Shown in pieces: positions 8,876-18,549 of a DNA stretch of 64,000 bases. Numbering within the stretch: position 1 is the stretch's first letter; each line of letters begins with the position of its first letter. The stretch is taken from assembly GCA_963702475.1 (NCBI GenBank), contig CAVPCT010000003.1, forward strand, positions 384,001 through 448,000, given 5' to 3'. Origin of the DNA: an uncultured Thermoleophilia bacterium (GTDB lineage Bacteria; Actinomycetota; Thermoleophilia; UBA2241). Both the position numbers and the translations under genes were made by a program. The notes beneath the pieces are model-generated. The model searched no databases. It saw only the letters and a list, made by a program, of their open reading frames with translations, and was not told the DNA's origin.

Positions 8876-10252
8876 TCACGCCCCTATGAGGCGCTTCACG
8901 TAGGTCGCCCGCCTGCTGGGCCGGCCGCTGGCCAGCTCGGTCTCGTCGGCGCTGCTCATGGCCCGCAACGCGGCGTTGACCCCGAGCCAGCGCAGCGGTT
9001 CGCGCTCCCAGAGCGGCGACCGGTGGTCTGCCCAGGGCAGGTCCGTCAGGGGGGTCCTCCGGTCCAGGATCAGGTCGCGAAGCGTGCGGCCGGCGAGGTT
9101 GGTGGTCGCCACGCCGTCACCGATGTAGCCGCCTGCCCACGCCATACCGGTGCCGCGGTCGAGACCCACCGAGGAGTACCAGTCGCGCGGCGCCGCGACG
9201 GCGCCGCCCCAGTGGTGCGTCACGCGCACGCCGCTGAGCGCCGGGAAGAGCTCGGCGAGCAGCTCCGTGAGGTGCCGGCGCACGTGCTCGTCCCGCTCGA
9301 AGCGTTCGTTCAGCCGCGAGCCGGCGTGGTAGGGGGCGCCGCGCCCACCCAGCGCGATGCGGCCGTCGTCGGTGCGTGCCGCATAGTAGATGAGGTAGCG
9401 GAAGTCGCCGAACACCTCGCGTCCGGCCCAGCCGATCTCGTCCCATGCCTGGGCCGGGAGCGGCTCGGTGCCGATCATCAGCGAGTAGATCGGCACTACC
9501 GTGCGCGCGCACCCGGGGAGCTGCGGCGTGAACGCCTCGGTGGCGCGGACGATCACCTCGGCGCGCACCGCGCCGCACGGCGTGTGGGCGCACCGCGGCT
9601 CCAGGCGCGTGACCGGGGTGCGCTCGTAGATGCGCACCCCCCGTCGCTCGACGGCCGCGGCCAGGCCGCGCGCCAGTCTGGCCGGGTCCACGCACGCCGC
9701 GTGCGGCGAGTAGCCGGCGCCCAGGCAGCCGGCCACGCGCACGCGTGCGCGCGCTTCGGCCGCCGCGAGCTGACGGTAGTCCTCCTCGCCGAAGCCCCAT
9801 GACCGCTCCCACGCCACGGCGTCGCGCAGGCGCAGCAGCTGTACCGGCGTGGCCGCCAGGTCGAGGGTCCCGCCGCGGTGGAAACGCGCCTCGATGCCCT
9901 CCTCGGCGACCACGCGACCGATCTCGTCCACGGTCGCGTGCAGGGCGCGCTGCTGATCGACGACCTTCTGGCGCCCGTGACGCCGAGCGGCCTTCTCGCG
10001 AGAGCCGGGGAACGTGGTGTGGCACCAGCCGCCGTTGCGCCCCGAGGCTCCGAACCCGGCGATCTCCCGCTCCAGCACCGCGATGCGCAGGTGGGGGTCG
10101 GCCCCGGCCAGGTAGTACGCCGTCCACAGTCCCGTGAACCCGGCCCCCACGATGGCCACGTCGACGTCCAGGTCCCCCGGCAGGGACGGCCGTGGCGTGA
10201 GGCTCTCTTCCAGACCGTCGAGCCAGAGACTGCGTGCGCGGTAGTCGGTCAA
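8876..10252 (-). CDS. FAD-dependent oxidoreductase (DAO/PuuB-like amine oxidase family)
   Basis: GAGFTG, GASGRNGG, GGYIGDGV motifs; TTG start after SD GAGGAG. Confidence 0.88.
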   Translation of the reverse strand: MTDYRARSLWLDGLEESLTPRPSLPGDLDVDVAIVGAGFTGLWTAYYLAGADPHLRIAVLEREIAGFGASGRNGGWCHTTFPGSREKAARRHGRQKVVDQQRALHATVDEIGRVVAEEGIEARFHRGGTLDLAATPVQLLRLRDAVAWERSWGFGEEDYRQLAAAEARARVRVAGCLGAGYSPHAACVDPARLARGLAAAVERRGVRIYERTPVTRLEPRCAHTPCGAVRAEVIVRATEAFTPQLPGCARTVVPIYSLMIGTEPLPAQAWDEIGWAGREVFGDFRYLIYYAARTDDGRIALGGRGAPYHAGSRLNERFERDEHVRRHLTELLAELFPALSGVRVTHHWGGAVAAPRDWYSSVGLDRGTGMAWAGGYIGDGVATTNLAGRTLRDLILDRRTPLTDLPWADHRSPLWEREPLRWLGVNAALRAMSSADETELASGRPSRRATYVKRLIGA

Positions 10253-10271
10253 GGTGCGCTCCTCGACGTGA

Positions 10272-11231
10272 TCAGGGGACGAGCACGAGCCGGCCCAGGG
10301 CGGGCCGCTCCATGATGTGACGGTGTGCGCGGGGGGCGTCGGCCAGGGCCATCTCACGCCCTACGACCGGTCGAAGCCAGCCCTCGCGAAGACCCGCGGC
10401 CACGGCGGAATCGGCCTCGGCCGTCTCTTGCGGAGTGGACAGAGAGGCCATCACGCCGAACACGGCGCCCTCCACGTTCATGAGGTCGCGAGGGTTGACC
10501 TCCACCGTGCCGCGGTTGCCGACCACCATCACACGGCCGTTCCGTGCCAGGGCGGTGAAGTCCGCGCCGAGGTTCACGTTGGCCAGGAGCTCGACGATCA
10601 TCTGGAAGCCGAGCCGACCGGTGCCCGCGAACGCCGCCGCCAGGTGGTCGGGGTCGTGATGGTCGAAGGTGCGCACGTCACCCTGTGCTGCCACGAGCTC
10701 GCGGCCGGCCTCGCTGCCGGCCGTACCCATCACGTGGAGGCCGGCGGCCAGGGCGAGCTGGACGGTGGCGATGCCGACCGCGCCGCTCGCTCCGTGTACG
10801 AGCACCTTCTCTCCCGCCCTGGCCCGGCCGCGCTGGAAGAGCGCCCGGAAGGCCGTGGTGTACGGGACGCCCAGCGCGGCGCCCTGCGGATACGAGAGCG
10901 TGTCGGGTAGCGCGTGGACGTCCTCGGCGCGGCAGAGGGCGGACTCGGCGTAGGTCCCGCCCAAGGAGTCGGTGACGTAGACGCGTGCTCCCGGTTCGAG
11001 GTCCACGCCGGGGCCGGCCTGCGTGACGACGCCGGCCCCGTCCACGCCGGGCGTGTACGGGAGCGCGGGCAGGCTGCGGTAGTTGCCCGCGCGCACGTAG
11101 GTCTCGTAGGGGTTCACTCCCGCCGCCTGGATGCGGACGACCACCTCGCCCTCGACGGGCGCCGGCGCCGGCACCTCCTCGAGGCGCAGGACGTCCGGGT
11201 CGCCGAACTCGTGCACGCGGATCGCTCGCAT
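10272..11231 (-). CDS. NADPH:quinone reductase (zeta-crystallin/Qor, MDR family)
   Basis: AAGVNP, PYTPG.DGAG, VLVHGASGAVG. Confidence 0.9.
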   Translation of the reverse strand: MRAIRVHEFGDPDVLRLEEVPAPAPVEGEVVVRIQAAGVNPYETYVRAGNYRSLPALPYTPGVDGAGVVTQAGPGVDLEPGARVYVTDSLGGTYAESALCRAEDVHALPDTLSYPQGAALGVPYTTAFRALFQRGRARAGEKVLVHGASGAVGIATVQLALAAGLHVMGTAGSEAGRELVAAQGDVRTFDHHDPDHLAAAFAGTGRLGFQMIVELLANVNLGADFTALARNGRVMVVGNRGTVEVNPRDLMNVEGAVFGVMASLSTPQETAEADSAVAAGLREGWLRPVVGREMALADAPRAHRHIMERPALGRLVLVP

Positions 11232-11326
11232 CTCTGCCTCCGGTGTGGCGGGGGGACCGTGTCATGGTATCGAGCGCCGAGTCGGCGGTCGAGGTGGCAG
11301 GCGCCGGGGCCGCGCCCGAGACAGAG

Positions 11327-11360
11327 CGGCGGCGGGGGCGCCTCGCGCCCCCGCCGCCGC
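11327..11360 (-). terminator. GC hairpin downstream of 11389-12465
   Basis: GCGGCGGCGGGGGCG-loop-CGCCCCCGCCGCCGC; no strong U tract. Confidence 0.4.
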
Positions 11361-11388
11361 CGGTCCTCCGGCTTCTCGCCGGCGCCCG

Positions 11389-12465
11389 TCAGGGAACCGT
11401 GTACGTGAGGCCGCCGGACACGTAGCCCGTGAGCCGGTAGCCGGCGCCGCCGTTGAGCTGCTCGTAGATGTACGCGCCCGGACTGGTCCCCGGATTCATC
11501 GGCTGACCGTCGTACGGGTTCGTGGGCCACGGATCCACAAACTGGGCGACGTCACCGTCTTGGGTGACGTCTTGCGGCGCGGGATACAGGCCGTTGTTGT
11601 TCGTCGACCAGGTCATGATGCCCGCCTGGATGCGGTCGATGCCGTCGATGACCTGCTGGGCCTCTGCCGACTGCGTCGGGGTCGGGCTCGCGGTCGGTGA
11701 CGAGGTCGGCGAGAGAGTGGGCGATGGGGAGACCGTCGGGGACGGCGAGCTGCTGGGGGTGACCGGTACCAGGGCCGGCACGCGGCCCAGGGGCATGCTG
11801 ATGGTGGTCTCGTTCGCTCCCGTCACGCTCATCGTGATCTCGTCGCCATCCGCCCCGGGGCTGAGCGTGACGTCGTAGGGGCCGGGGATGCCGGCCAGTG
11901 ACGCGGACGTCTCCAGTGCGAACGTGAGGTCCTCGCCCTCTGCGGCCGCGACGGCCGAACCCAGTACGCGCACCATCGTGTCGTACACAGTGATCTGGTA
12001 CTCACCCGAGGTGCGCTGCACCACGATGCCTCCGCCGCTGCCGTCGGTGGGTGCCCAGGCGCCAACCCAGGCGAACGCGACGGTTGGCGTCGGTGTGGGC
12101 GTCGGCGCCGGCTCGGCGCCCTGGTCACGGATGAGGAAGTACCAGGCCGCGGCCGCAGCCGCCAGCGCGACGAGGATGACGATCACGACGATCCAGCCCG
12201 CGGATGAGCCCTCCCGGGGCGGGCGCGACGACATCACCAGCGTCGGCGCCGGGCCGGGCGACGGGGGCGCGGCTCCGCCGGCCGGCATGACCCGGGTGGG
12301 CTCGGCGAGCTCACCCGCCATCACCCGGGTGGCGTCCTCGGGCGGCACGACCGAGGTCGGGTCGTCGTCGGGGCCGGTATCCCCCGGCCACGCCCGCGTG
12401 GCCTCGGTGTCCTGGTCTGGTGCACCCGCCTGTCCTTCGGGCGTCCCCTCGATGTCGTCGTCCAT
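11389..12465 (-). CDS. Single-pass membrane protein with C-terminal pseudopilin-like domain
   Basis: Acidic N-terminus with T.V/T.L repeats, TM, PT/SP linkers, NNGLYP...WPTNPYDGQPMNPG. Confidence 0.75.
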   Translation of the reverse strand: MDDDIEGTPEGQAGAPDQDTEATRAWPGDTGPDDDPTSVVPPEDATRVMAGELAEPTRVMPAGGAAPPSPGPAPTLVMSSRPPREGSSAGWIVVIVILVALAAAAAAWYFLIRDQGAEPAPTPTPTPTVAFAWVGAWAPTDGSGGGIVVQRTSGEYQITVYDTMVRVLGSAVAAAEGEDLTFALETSASLAGIPGPYDVTLSPGADGDEITMSVTGANETTISMPLGRVPALVPVTPSSSPSPTVSPSPTLSPTSSPTASPTPTQSAEAQQVIDGIDRIQAGIMTWSTNNNGLYPAPQDVTQDGDVAQFVDPWPTNPYDGQPMNPGTSPGAYIYEQLNGGAGYRLTGYVSGGLTYTVP

Positions 12466-12525
12466 GCTCGCCCTCCCCGGCCGGGTGACGTGAGTGGTGG
12501 TTTCGTGACCCTGTATTTGCCCCGT

Positions 12526-13869
12526 TCAGTCCGTTCCCTGTTCCAGCTGCGCCCACAGGTCGAAGAACTCCGGACAGGTCTTGCGCACGCAACCCGGGTC
12601 GTCGATCAGGACCCCCGGCGTGCGCAGCCCCAGCACCGTGAACGCCATGGCGATGCGGTGGTCACCGTGAGGGTCGACATGTCCGCCGTGGGGTGGACCG
12701 GGGAACACGCGCAGGTGGTCCGGCCCGGACTCCGTTCGCACCCCGAGCCGTCGCAGGTTCCCCTCCATGGCGGCGATGCGGTCGGACTCCTTGACTCTGA
12801 CGTTGGCGATGCCGGTCGCGGTGACGGGCGCGGCGGCGAAGGGAGCGATCGCGGCGAGGGTCATGAACGTGTCCGAGATGTCGCTCATGTCGACGGTGAG
12901 GCCCTGCAGCACCGCCGGGCCGGAAGCGCAGGAGCGCGTCGCCGAGCCGCCGACGGCGACGCCGTCCGCACCTTCGCCGATCTCGCAGCCCATGGCCTCG
13001 AGCACGTCGAGGAAGCGCACGTCGCCCTGCAGGGCATCGCGCCGGCGAAGCCCGGCGACGCACACACGCCCGCCCGTCACCGCGGCGGCGGCGAAGAAGT
13101 ACGAGGCCGTCGAGGCGTCCGGCTCCACGTCGTACTCGCGCGCCCTGTACGTGCCCGGCACAACGCGGAAGGCGCGGTGGCCGTCGCGTTCGGCCTCGTT
13201 GCCGAACTCGGCCATCATCCGCAGGGTCATGTCGACGTAGGGGCGGCTCACGAGCCCGTCGACGACGATCTCCAGCGGCTCCCTCGCGAGAGGCGCAGCC
13301 ATGAGCAGGGCGGAGACGAACTGGCTCGAGGTGTCGCCCGGCAGGCGCACACTCCCGCCCCGGAGACCGCCGGCCAGCAGGGTGAACGGCAGGCACTCCG
13401 CGTCCTGTGGGTCAGTGCGCGCGCCCTGCGCGCGCAGCACCTCGAGCAGCTGCGCCAGCGGGCGCCGCCGGAGCTGGGGCGAGGCGTCGAAGCGATACTC
13501 GCCCTCGCCGGCGGCGCAGGCCGCCAGCAGGAACCGCGCGGCTGTGCCGGCGTCGGCGCAGTACACGTCGGCGCGGCGCTCGGGGACCGGCCCGCCGCGC
13601 CCCTCGACGCGCCATGCGCCTGGCCCGGCGGGCTCGACCGGCACGCCGAGCGCCCGGACGCCGCCGGCGAAGGCCGCCGTGTCGTCGGCGTCGAGCACGC
13701 CGCGCAGGGTCGACGGGCCGTCCGCCAGGGCGGCCAGCAGGAGCGCCCGGTTGGTGATGCTCTTGGAGCCGGGCACGCGGACCATCACGTCGAGGTCCGC
13801 CCGCGCCGGCCGCACGAGCCGCGGTGCCGGGTCGCCCCCGCCCGCGGCCCTCACGTGGTCCCCGCCCAC
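12526..13869 (-). CDS. aroA: 3-phosphoshikimate 1-carboxyvinyltransferase
   Basis: PGSKSITNR, AGTAARF, SSQFVSAL, RVKESDRI, DHRIAM. Confidence 0.96.
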   Translation of the reverse strand: MGGDHVRAAGGGDPAPRLVRPARADLDVMVRVPGSKSITNRALLLAALADGPSTLRGVLDADDTAAFAGGVRALGVPVEPAGPGAWRVEGRGGPVPERRADVYCADAGTAARFLLAACAAGEGEYRFDASPQLRRRPLAQLLEVLRAQGARTDPQDAECLPFTLLAGGLRGGSVRLPGDTSSQFVSALLMAAPLAREPLEIVVDGLVSRPYVDMTLRMMAEFGNEAERDGHRAFRVVPGTYRAREYDVEPDASTASYFFAAAAVTGGRVCVAGLRRRDALQGDVRFLDVLEAMGCEIGEGADGVAVGGSATRSCASGPAVLQGLTVDMSDISDTFMTLAAIAPFAAAPVTATGIANVRVKESDRIAAMEGNLRRLGVRTESGPDHLRVFPGPPHGGHVDPHGDHRIAMAFTVLGLRTPGVLIDDPGCVRKTCPEFFDLWAQLEQGTD

Positions 13870-13872
13870 CCC

Positions 13873-14811
13873 TCAGCCGCCCGCGAGCGCTTTGGCGTAC
13901 AGCTCGTACGTGAAGGTGAGGCGCATACCGGCGCGCTCGTAGAGCAGCAGCGGCTGCGTCTTGCCCTCGGCGTCCACGCCGAGCTCCACGCGCCGTTGCC
14001 CGCGAGCGGCGAGCGCGGCGAGCGCCGTGGTGAGCAAGGCCAGGCCGATTCCGCGCCGGCGCCAGGGGCGCCGCACGGCGAGACCCTGCACGTAGGCGAG
14101 GTCGTCGTAGTTGAAGCAGATGAGCCCCCCGGCCGGCTGCTCGCCGTCCCAGGCGATGAACCAGAGGTCCGGGTCGAAGGTGGGGTGACCGAGCAGGCGC
14201 TGCCTCCAGGCGTCGAACGGCTCCTCGCTGTGCCGGAAATGGTCCGCGAAGGCTTCGTTCATGGTGTCGCGCATCACCGCCGCCTGCTCCTCGCGGAACG
14301 ACCGGATCGCGATGCCCTCGGGAGGAGCCTGTGCGGGCGCGTCGGCGGTGAGGTCCATGCCCATCCGGTACACGGTGCGGCGCACCTCGTAGCCACGCCG
14401 GCGGAGCACGTCACGCTTCGTGTGGTCGAGGCTGATGCAGAAGATGTCGAGCGCCGCCGCGTGGTAGGCCCTCTCGCGCGCGAGCTCGTGCCCGCGCCCC
14501 TCAGCCAGCGCCAGAAGACGGTCGAGCAACGCCGGCTCGTGGTGCTCCGGGTGGACCCACACGTCGCTCTCCAGCTCGCCGGTGTGGAGCTGGTCGCCGG
14601 TGTACGCGTAGCCGGTCACGCCGCTCGGGACCTCCGCCAGCCACGTGTCTCGAGCCAGGTCGAAGCCGGCCAGGTTCCAGTCGCCCTCGATGTCGCTCGC
14701 GTCGGTGTCGGGCACGCCCATGGTGGCGACGTCGCAGGCGATGAGCAGGTCGAGTATCTCCGGGAGGTCGCCGCGCGTGGCGGGGCGGATGTGGCTGGGG
14801 CTGCCTGTCAT
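13873..14811 (-). CDS. Tandem GNAT acetyltransferase
   Basis: LAVRRPWRRRGIG, LGVDAE, LYERAGM. Confidence 0.85.
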   Translation of the reverse strand: MTGSPSHIRPATRGDLPEILDLLIACDVATMGVPDTDASDIEGDWNLAGFDLARDTWLAEVPSGVTGYAYTGDQLHTGELESDVWVHPEHHEPALLDRLLALAEGRGHELARERAYHAAALDIFCISLDHTKRDVLRRRGYEVRRTVYRMGMDLTADAPAQAPPEGIAIRSFREEQAAVMRDTMNEAFADHFRHSEEPFDAWRQRLLGHPTFDPDLWFIAWDGEQPAGGLICFNYDDLAYVQGLAVRRPWRRRGIGLALLTTALAALAARGQRRVELGVDAEGKTQPLLLYERAGMRLTFTYELYAKALAGG

Positions 14812-14818
14812 GACCCCG

Positions 14819-15397
14819 TCAGTCTACCTTGGTGAGTACGAGCGAACGCTCGTCCAGGCTCACCTTGATGACCCCGACGAAGGTCCCCTCCACGGTCAGC
14901 CTGAGGTGCGCCTGGTCCTGTGGCGCGAAGACCAGGCGGAAGTCCTTCACGTAGGCCGCAAAGGCGTTGCGTACGCGCTGCGCGTCCGCCACGTCGCCGG
15001 CCGCGTCGGCGAAGTCCTCGGCGGTGATCACGAGGTCGTCGCCGTCCAGATGGGCGCGGACGGTGAACGTCTGCGGAGTGCCCGAGGTGGCGTTGCCGCT
15101 GAAGATCGCCTCGATGCGGCGGCCGGGCCCGGCGATCACGACCCGGCCGATGGGCGCGTCCGCCGGAGCCGCCCACGTGCCGGCGAACGGGTTGCCCGGA
15201 TCGCGGATGAAGAGCAACCACACGAGCACGGCGGCGGCGACCGCCGCGGCGACGATGACCAGAGCGCGGCGCGGCACGGAGCGCCGGCGCTCGCGCCGCG
15301 GCCTGGGCGGCCTGGGCGGCGCGGCCCGCGGAGGCGGCGCGCCGCCTCCGCCCAGCGGCTTGACCAGCGGAAGAGGTGTCTCCTGGCGGTCCATCAC
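14819..15397 (-). CDS. Single-pass membrane protein, unknown function
   Basis: Pro/Arg-rich N-terminus, TM ending WLLFIRD, PFAGTW. Confidence 0.6.
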   Translation of the reverse strand: MMDRQETPLPLVKPLGGGGAPPPRAAPPRPPRPRRERRRSVPRRALVIVAAAVAAAVLVWLLFIRDPGNPFAGTWAAPADAPIGRVVIAGPGRRIEAIFSGNATSGTPQTFTVRAHLDGDDLVITAEDFADAAGDVADAQRVRNAFAAYVKDFRLVFAPQDQAHLRLTVEGTFVGVIKVSLDERSLVLTKVD

Positions 15398-15511
15398 GCG
15401 AGCTCCGCGCGTCGCTTGAGCAGGGTCAAGACTGCGGCCGCTGCGGGCGTGGTACGTTTCACGGTAGTCCCGTCACGGCGCGAGGGCCGTCCGCCCGTTC
15501 GAGGAGGAGCG

Positions 15512-15772
15512 ATGGACATCCACCGCTGTCCCGGCCAGGACCGCAGCAACTGGACCCCGGACGACATCTTCGAGATCCGCTGTCCGCAGTGCGGCGGCGA
15601 CATCGAGTACTTCAAAGACGACCAGCGCCGGCGCTGCCCTCATTGCGGCGCCGTCGTGGAGAACCCGCGCTTCGACAACGGGTGCGCGAGGTGGTGCGCC
15701 GCCGCGGAGAGCTGCTCGATCATGCGCGGCGTCGTGCCCGAGGAGCCTCTCGAAGGGGCCACGACGACCTGA
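15512..15772 (+). CDS. Small Cys-rich zinc-ribbon protein
   Basis: SD GAGGAGGAG; CPGQD..CPQC..EYFKDD..CPHC..GCARWC...C. Confidence 0.8.
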   Translation: MDIHRCPGQDRSNWTPDDIFEIRCPQCGGDIEYFKDDQRRRCPHCGAVVENPRFDNGCARWCAAAESCSIMRGVVPEEPLEGATTT

Positions 15773-15805
15773 CGGTCCCGTCGGTTCACTCGCGCGCCGG
15801 CCTCC

Positions 15806-17107
15806 CTAGAACTCCAGGTCCTCCAGCCGGGCGAAGATCACGTCGCGCCCGGCCTTGTACTGGTCCGGGTCGAGCGCCGCGTCCACGTCGGCCGCCGTGA
15901 GCACCGCCATGGCCTCGGCGTCGACCTTCACCACGTCGCCGAAGTCGACGCCCTCGCGCCAGGCCTTCATGGCGGAGTCCTGGACCACGCGGTAGGCGTC
16001 CTCGCGCAGCATGCCCTTGTCCACGAGTACGAGCAGCAGCGTGCCGCTGAACACCAGGCGGTGGCTGATGGCGAAGTTGGCCAGCATGCGCTGCGGGTCG
16101 ACCACGAGGTTGTCCATGAGCTTCGTGAACTTCTGCAGCATGTAGTCGAGCAGGATGCAGCTGTCGGGCAGCACGATGCGCTCGGCGGAGCTGTGGCTGA
16201 TGTCGCGCTCGTGCCACAGGGCGTTGTTCTCCATCCCGACCAGGGCGTTGCCGCGCAGCACGCGGGCGCAGCCGGCCATACGCTCGCTGAGGATGGGGTT
16301 GCGCTTGTGGGGCATGGCCGAGGACCCTTTCTGTCCCTTGCCGAACGCCTCTTCGGCCTCCCGCACCTCGGTGCGCTGCAGGTGGCGGATCTCCGTGGCG
16401 AACTTCTCGATGCTCGACCCGGTCACGGCGAGCGCGTTCAGGAAGGTGGCGTGGCGGTCGCGCTGCACAACCTGGTTGCTGATGGGCTCACGGCCGATGT
16501 CGAGCATCTCGCAGACGAGGTCCTCCACCCTCGGGTCGATGTTGTTGTAGGCGCCCACGGCGCCGCTGATCTTGCCGACGGCGGCCATGCTGGTGGCGAG
16601 GCGCAGGCGCTTGAGGTCGCGGCTGACCTCGAAGGCCCACATGCCGAGCTTCATGCCGAAGGTGATGGGCTCGGCGTGGATGCCGTGGGTACGGCCCACC
16701 TGCACGGCGTCGCGGAACTCGAAGGCGCGCCGCTTGAGCACCTGCCCCAGCGCGACGAGGTCGCGCTCCAGCAGGCGCCCGGCGCGCTTGATCTGCAGCG
16801 CCAGCCCGGTATCGAGCATGTCGCTGCTCGTCATGCCGTAGTGCACGTACTTGCTGGCGTCGCCCACGTATTCCGCGACGTTGGTGAGGAAGGCGATCAC
16901 GTCGTGGTTGGTGGTCGCCTCGATCTCCTGCACGCGGGCTACGTCGAACGACGCCTTGGCGACGATCTCCTTCACGGCGGCGTGCGGGACCTTGCCGAGC
17001 TCGTTCCAGGCCTTGACCGCGGCGATCTCCACGTCCAGCCAGGCCTGCATCTTGGCCTCTTCGGTCCAGACCGCGCCCATCTCCGGGAGCGTGTAGCGCT
17101 CGATCAT
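15806..17107 (-). CDS. purB: Adenylosuccinate lyase
   Basis: MIERY, GRTHGIHAEP, GSSAMPHKRNP. Confidence 0.98.
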   Translation of the reverse strand: MIERYTLPEMGAVWTEEAKMQAWLDVEIAAVKAWNELGKVPHAAVKEIVAKASFDVARVQEIEATTNHDVIAFLTNVAEYVGDASKYVHYGMTSSDMLDTGLALQIKRAGRLLERDLVALGQVLKRRAFEFRDAVQVGRTHGIHAEPITFGMKLGMWAFEVSRDLKRLRLATSMAAVGKISGAVGAYNNIDPRVEDLVCEMLDIGREPISNQVVQRDRHATFLNALAVTGSSIEKFATEIRHLQRTEVREAEEAFGKGQKGSSAMPHKRNPILSERMAGCARVLRGNALVGMENNALWHERDISHSSAERIVLPDSCILLDYMLQKFTKLMDNLVVDPQRMLANFAISHRLVFSGTLLLVLVDKGMLREDAYRVVQDSAMKAWREGVDFGDVVKVDAEAMAVLTAADVDAALDPDQYKAGRDVIFARLEDLEF

Positions 17108-17251
17108 GACGTGCCTCCGTGGTCGTGACGCCGCCGATTCTCTCACACGTCTTGGGCCGGCCGGCGGAGCCGTTTCCGGCAGCGCGCCGTCCGGCCGGGA
17201 GTAGACTTGCAGGTGAGGCGCATCGGGGAGGCACCGAGACCGGAGGAGGGG

Positions 17252-17539
17252 ATGATGGCGACCGACGAGGAACTGCGCAACCACGCGATCAAGGTGATCA
17301 AGAAGAAGCGGGAGTTCTGGGGCCACGTGGCCGCCTACGTCATCGTCAACGCCTTTCTGGTGGTGGTCTGGTACTTCTTCACCGGGGCGGGCTACTTCTG
17401 GCCCGGCTGGGTGATGGCCGGCTGGGGCATCGGCCTGGCCTTCAACGCCTGGGACGCGTACGGCCGTGGAAATCGGCCCATCAGCGAGGACGAGATCCAG
17501 CGGGAGATGCAGCGCCAGAAGGGGTCCGGCGCCTCCTGA
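17252..17539 (+). CDS. 2TM domain protein
   Basis: H.AAYVIVN.FL..W..T..GYFWP.W.M.GWGIGL..ISEDEIQREM. Confidence 0.85.
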   Translation: MMATDEELRNHAIKVIKKKREFWGHVAAYVIVNAFLVVVWYFFTGAGYFWPGWVMAGWGIGLAFNAWDAYGRGNRPISEDEIQREMQRQKGSGAS

Positions 17540-17545
17540 GAAGAG

Positions 17546-17594
17546 CGAGCGGCCGAGGCCGGGGCGGCGCTGCCGCCCCGGCCTCGGCCGCTCG
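17546..17594. terminator. 23-bp perfect hairpin between convergent genes
   Basis: CGAGCGGCCGAGGCCGGGGCGGC-GCT-reverse complement. Confidence 0.6.
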
Positions 17595-17635
17595 AGGCTC
17601 CGTCCCCGCACAGCGGGTTCCGCCGCCCGCCGGTG

Positions 17636-18013
17636 TCAGCGCATGGCGATGGCCTCGATCTCCACGCGCAGGTCCTTGGGCAGGCGCGCCACCTCCACGG
17701 TCGAGCGCGCCGGGTAGGGCTCGCTGAAGAACTCGGCGTACACTTCGTTGACCGCGCCGAAGTCGTCCATGTCCTTCAGGAAGATCGTCGTCTTGACCAC
17801 GTTGTCGAGGGTCAGGCCCGCCGCGCCCAGGGTCGCGACCATGTTCTCGAGCGCCTTGCGGGTCTGCTCTTTGGGCGTGGGGCCGACGATCCTGCCGCTC
17901 GAGTCCAGGGCGATCTGGCCGGAGACGAAGACGAAGCCGCCCGCTCCCAGCGCCGCCGAGTACGGTCCCACGGCGGGCGCGCCCTCCGGTGAAGCGTACG
18001 CTTGCTTGTCCAT
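17636..18013 (-). CDS. ridA: RidA family enamine/imine deaminase
   Basis: GPYS, VSGQI, NVVKTTIFL, PARSTVEV..LP, VEIEAIA. Confidence 0.93.
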   Translation of the reverse strand: MDKQAYASPEGAPAVGPYSAALGAGGFVFVSGQIALDSSGRIVGPTPKEQTRKALENMVATLGAAGLTLDNVVKTTIFLKDMDDFGAVNEVYAEFFSEPYPARSTVEVARLPKDLRVEIEAIAMR

Positions 18014-18058
18014 GCCGGCTCCTCTCGTCCACGCTGTGCGCGGTGGTGGGTGTGTCGG

Positions 18059-18436
18059 TCAGTAGCGTACCGCGACGGCTGCGACCTGCAGCAGCGCGCC
18101 GCCCGGCAGCCAGGCGGCGCCGACGACGCTGCGCGCCGGGAAGGGCGCGCTGAAACACTCGCGGAGGACGTCGTCGACCGCCGTCAGGTCGTCAGGGTCG
18201 GTGAGGTACACGGTGAGCTCGGCCACGCTCTCGAGACCGAGGCCGGTGGCGCGGAGTTGGTGGGCGAGGTGGGCCAGAGCCCGGCGCGCCTGCCCGGCGG
18301 CGTCGCCGCCGGGCTCCTCGCCGGGCCCGAACGGCAGCTGTGCCGAGACGAACACGAGGCGACCGGCCGAGACCGCCGCCGAGAAGGGCCCGCGCGGCGG
18401 CGGCACGAGCGCAGAGGTGAAGCCGTGGACCACCAT
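18059..18436 (-). CDS. Divergent Rid family paralog
   Basis: GPFSAAV, FVSAQLP, PARSVVG..LP. Confidence 0.8.
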   Translation of the reverse strand: MVVHGFTSALVPPPRGPFSAAVSAGRLVFVSAQLPFGPGEEPGGDAAGQARRALAHLAHQLRATGLGLESVAELTVYLTDPDDLTAVDDVLRECFSAPFPARSVVGAAWLPGGALLQVAAVAVRY

Positions 18437-18549
18437 GCTCGAAGTGTCCCCGCGACGAGCGAAGCTCACGCCGCGGGGCGCAGGGACTGCGCGCGTGGGT
18501 CCGCGCGCGGCTACGGGCGCTGCCCGGCCGCCGCGGTCGCGGCCCGCGC

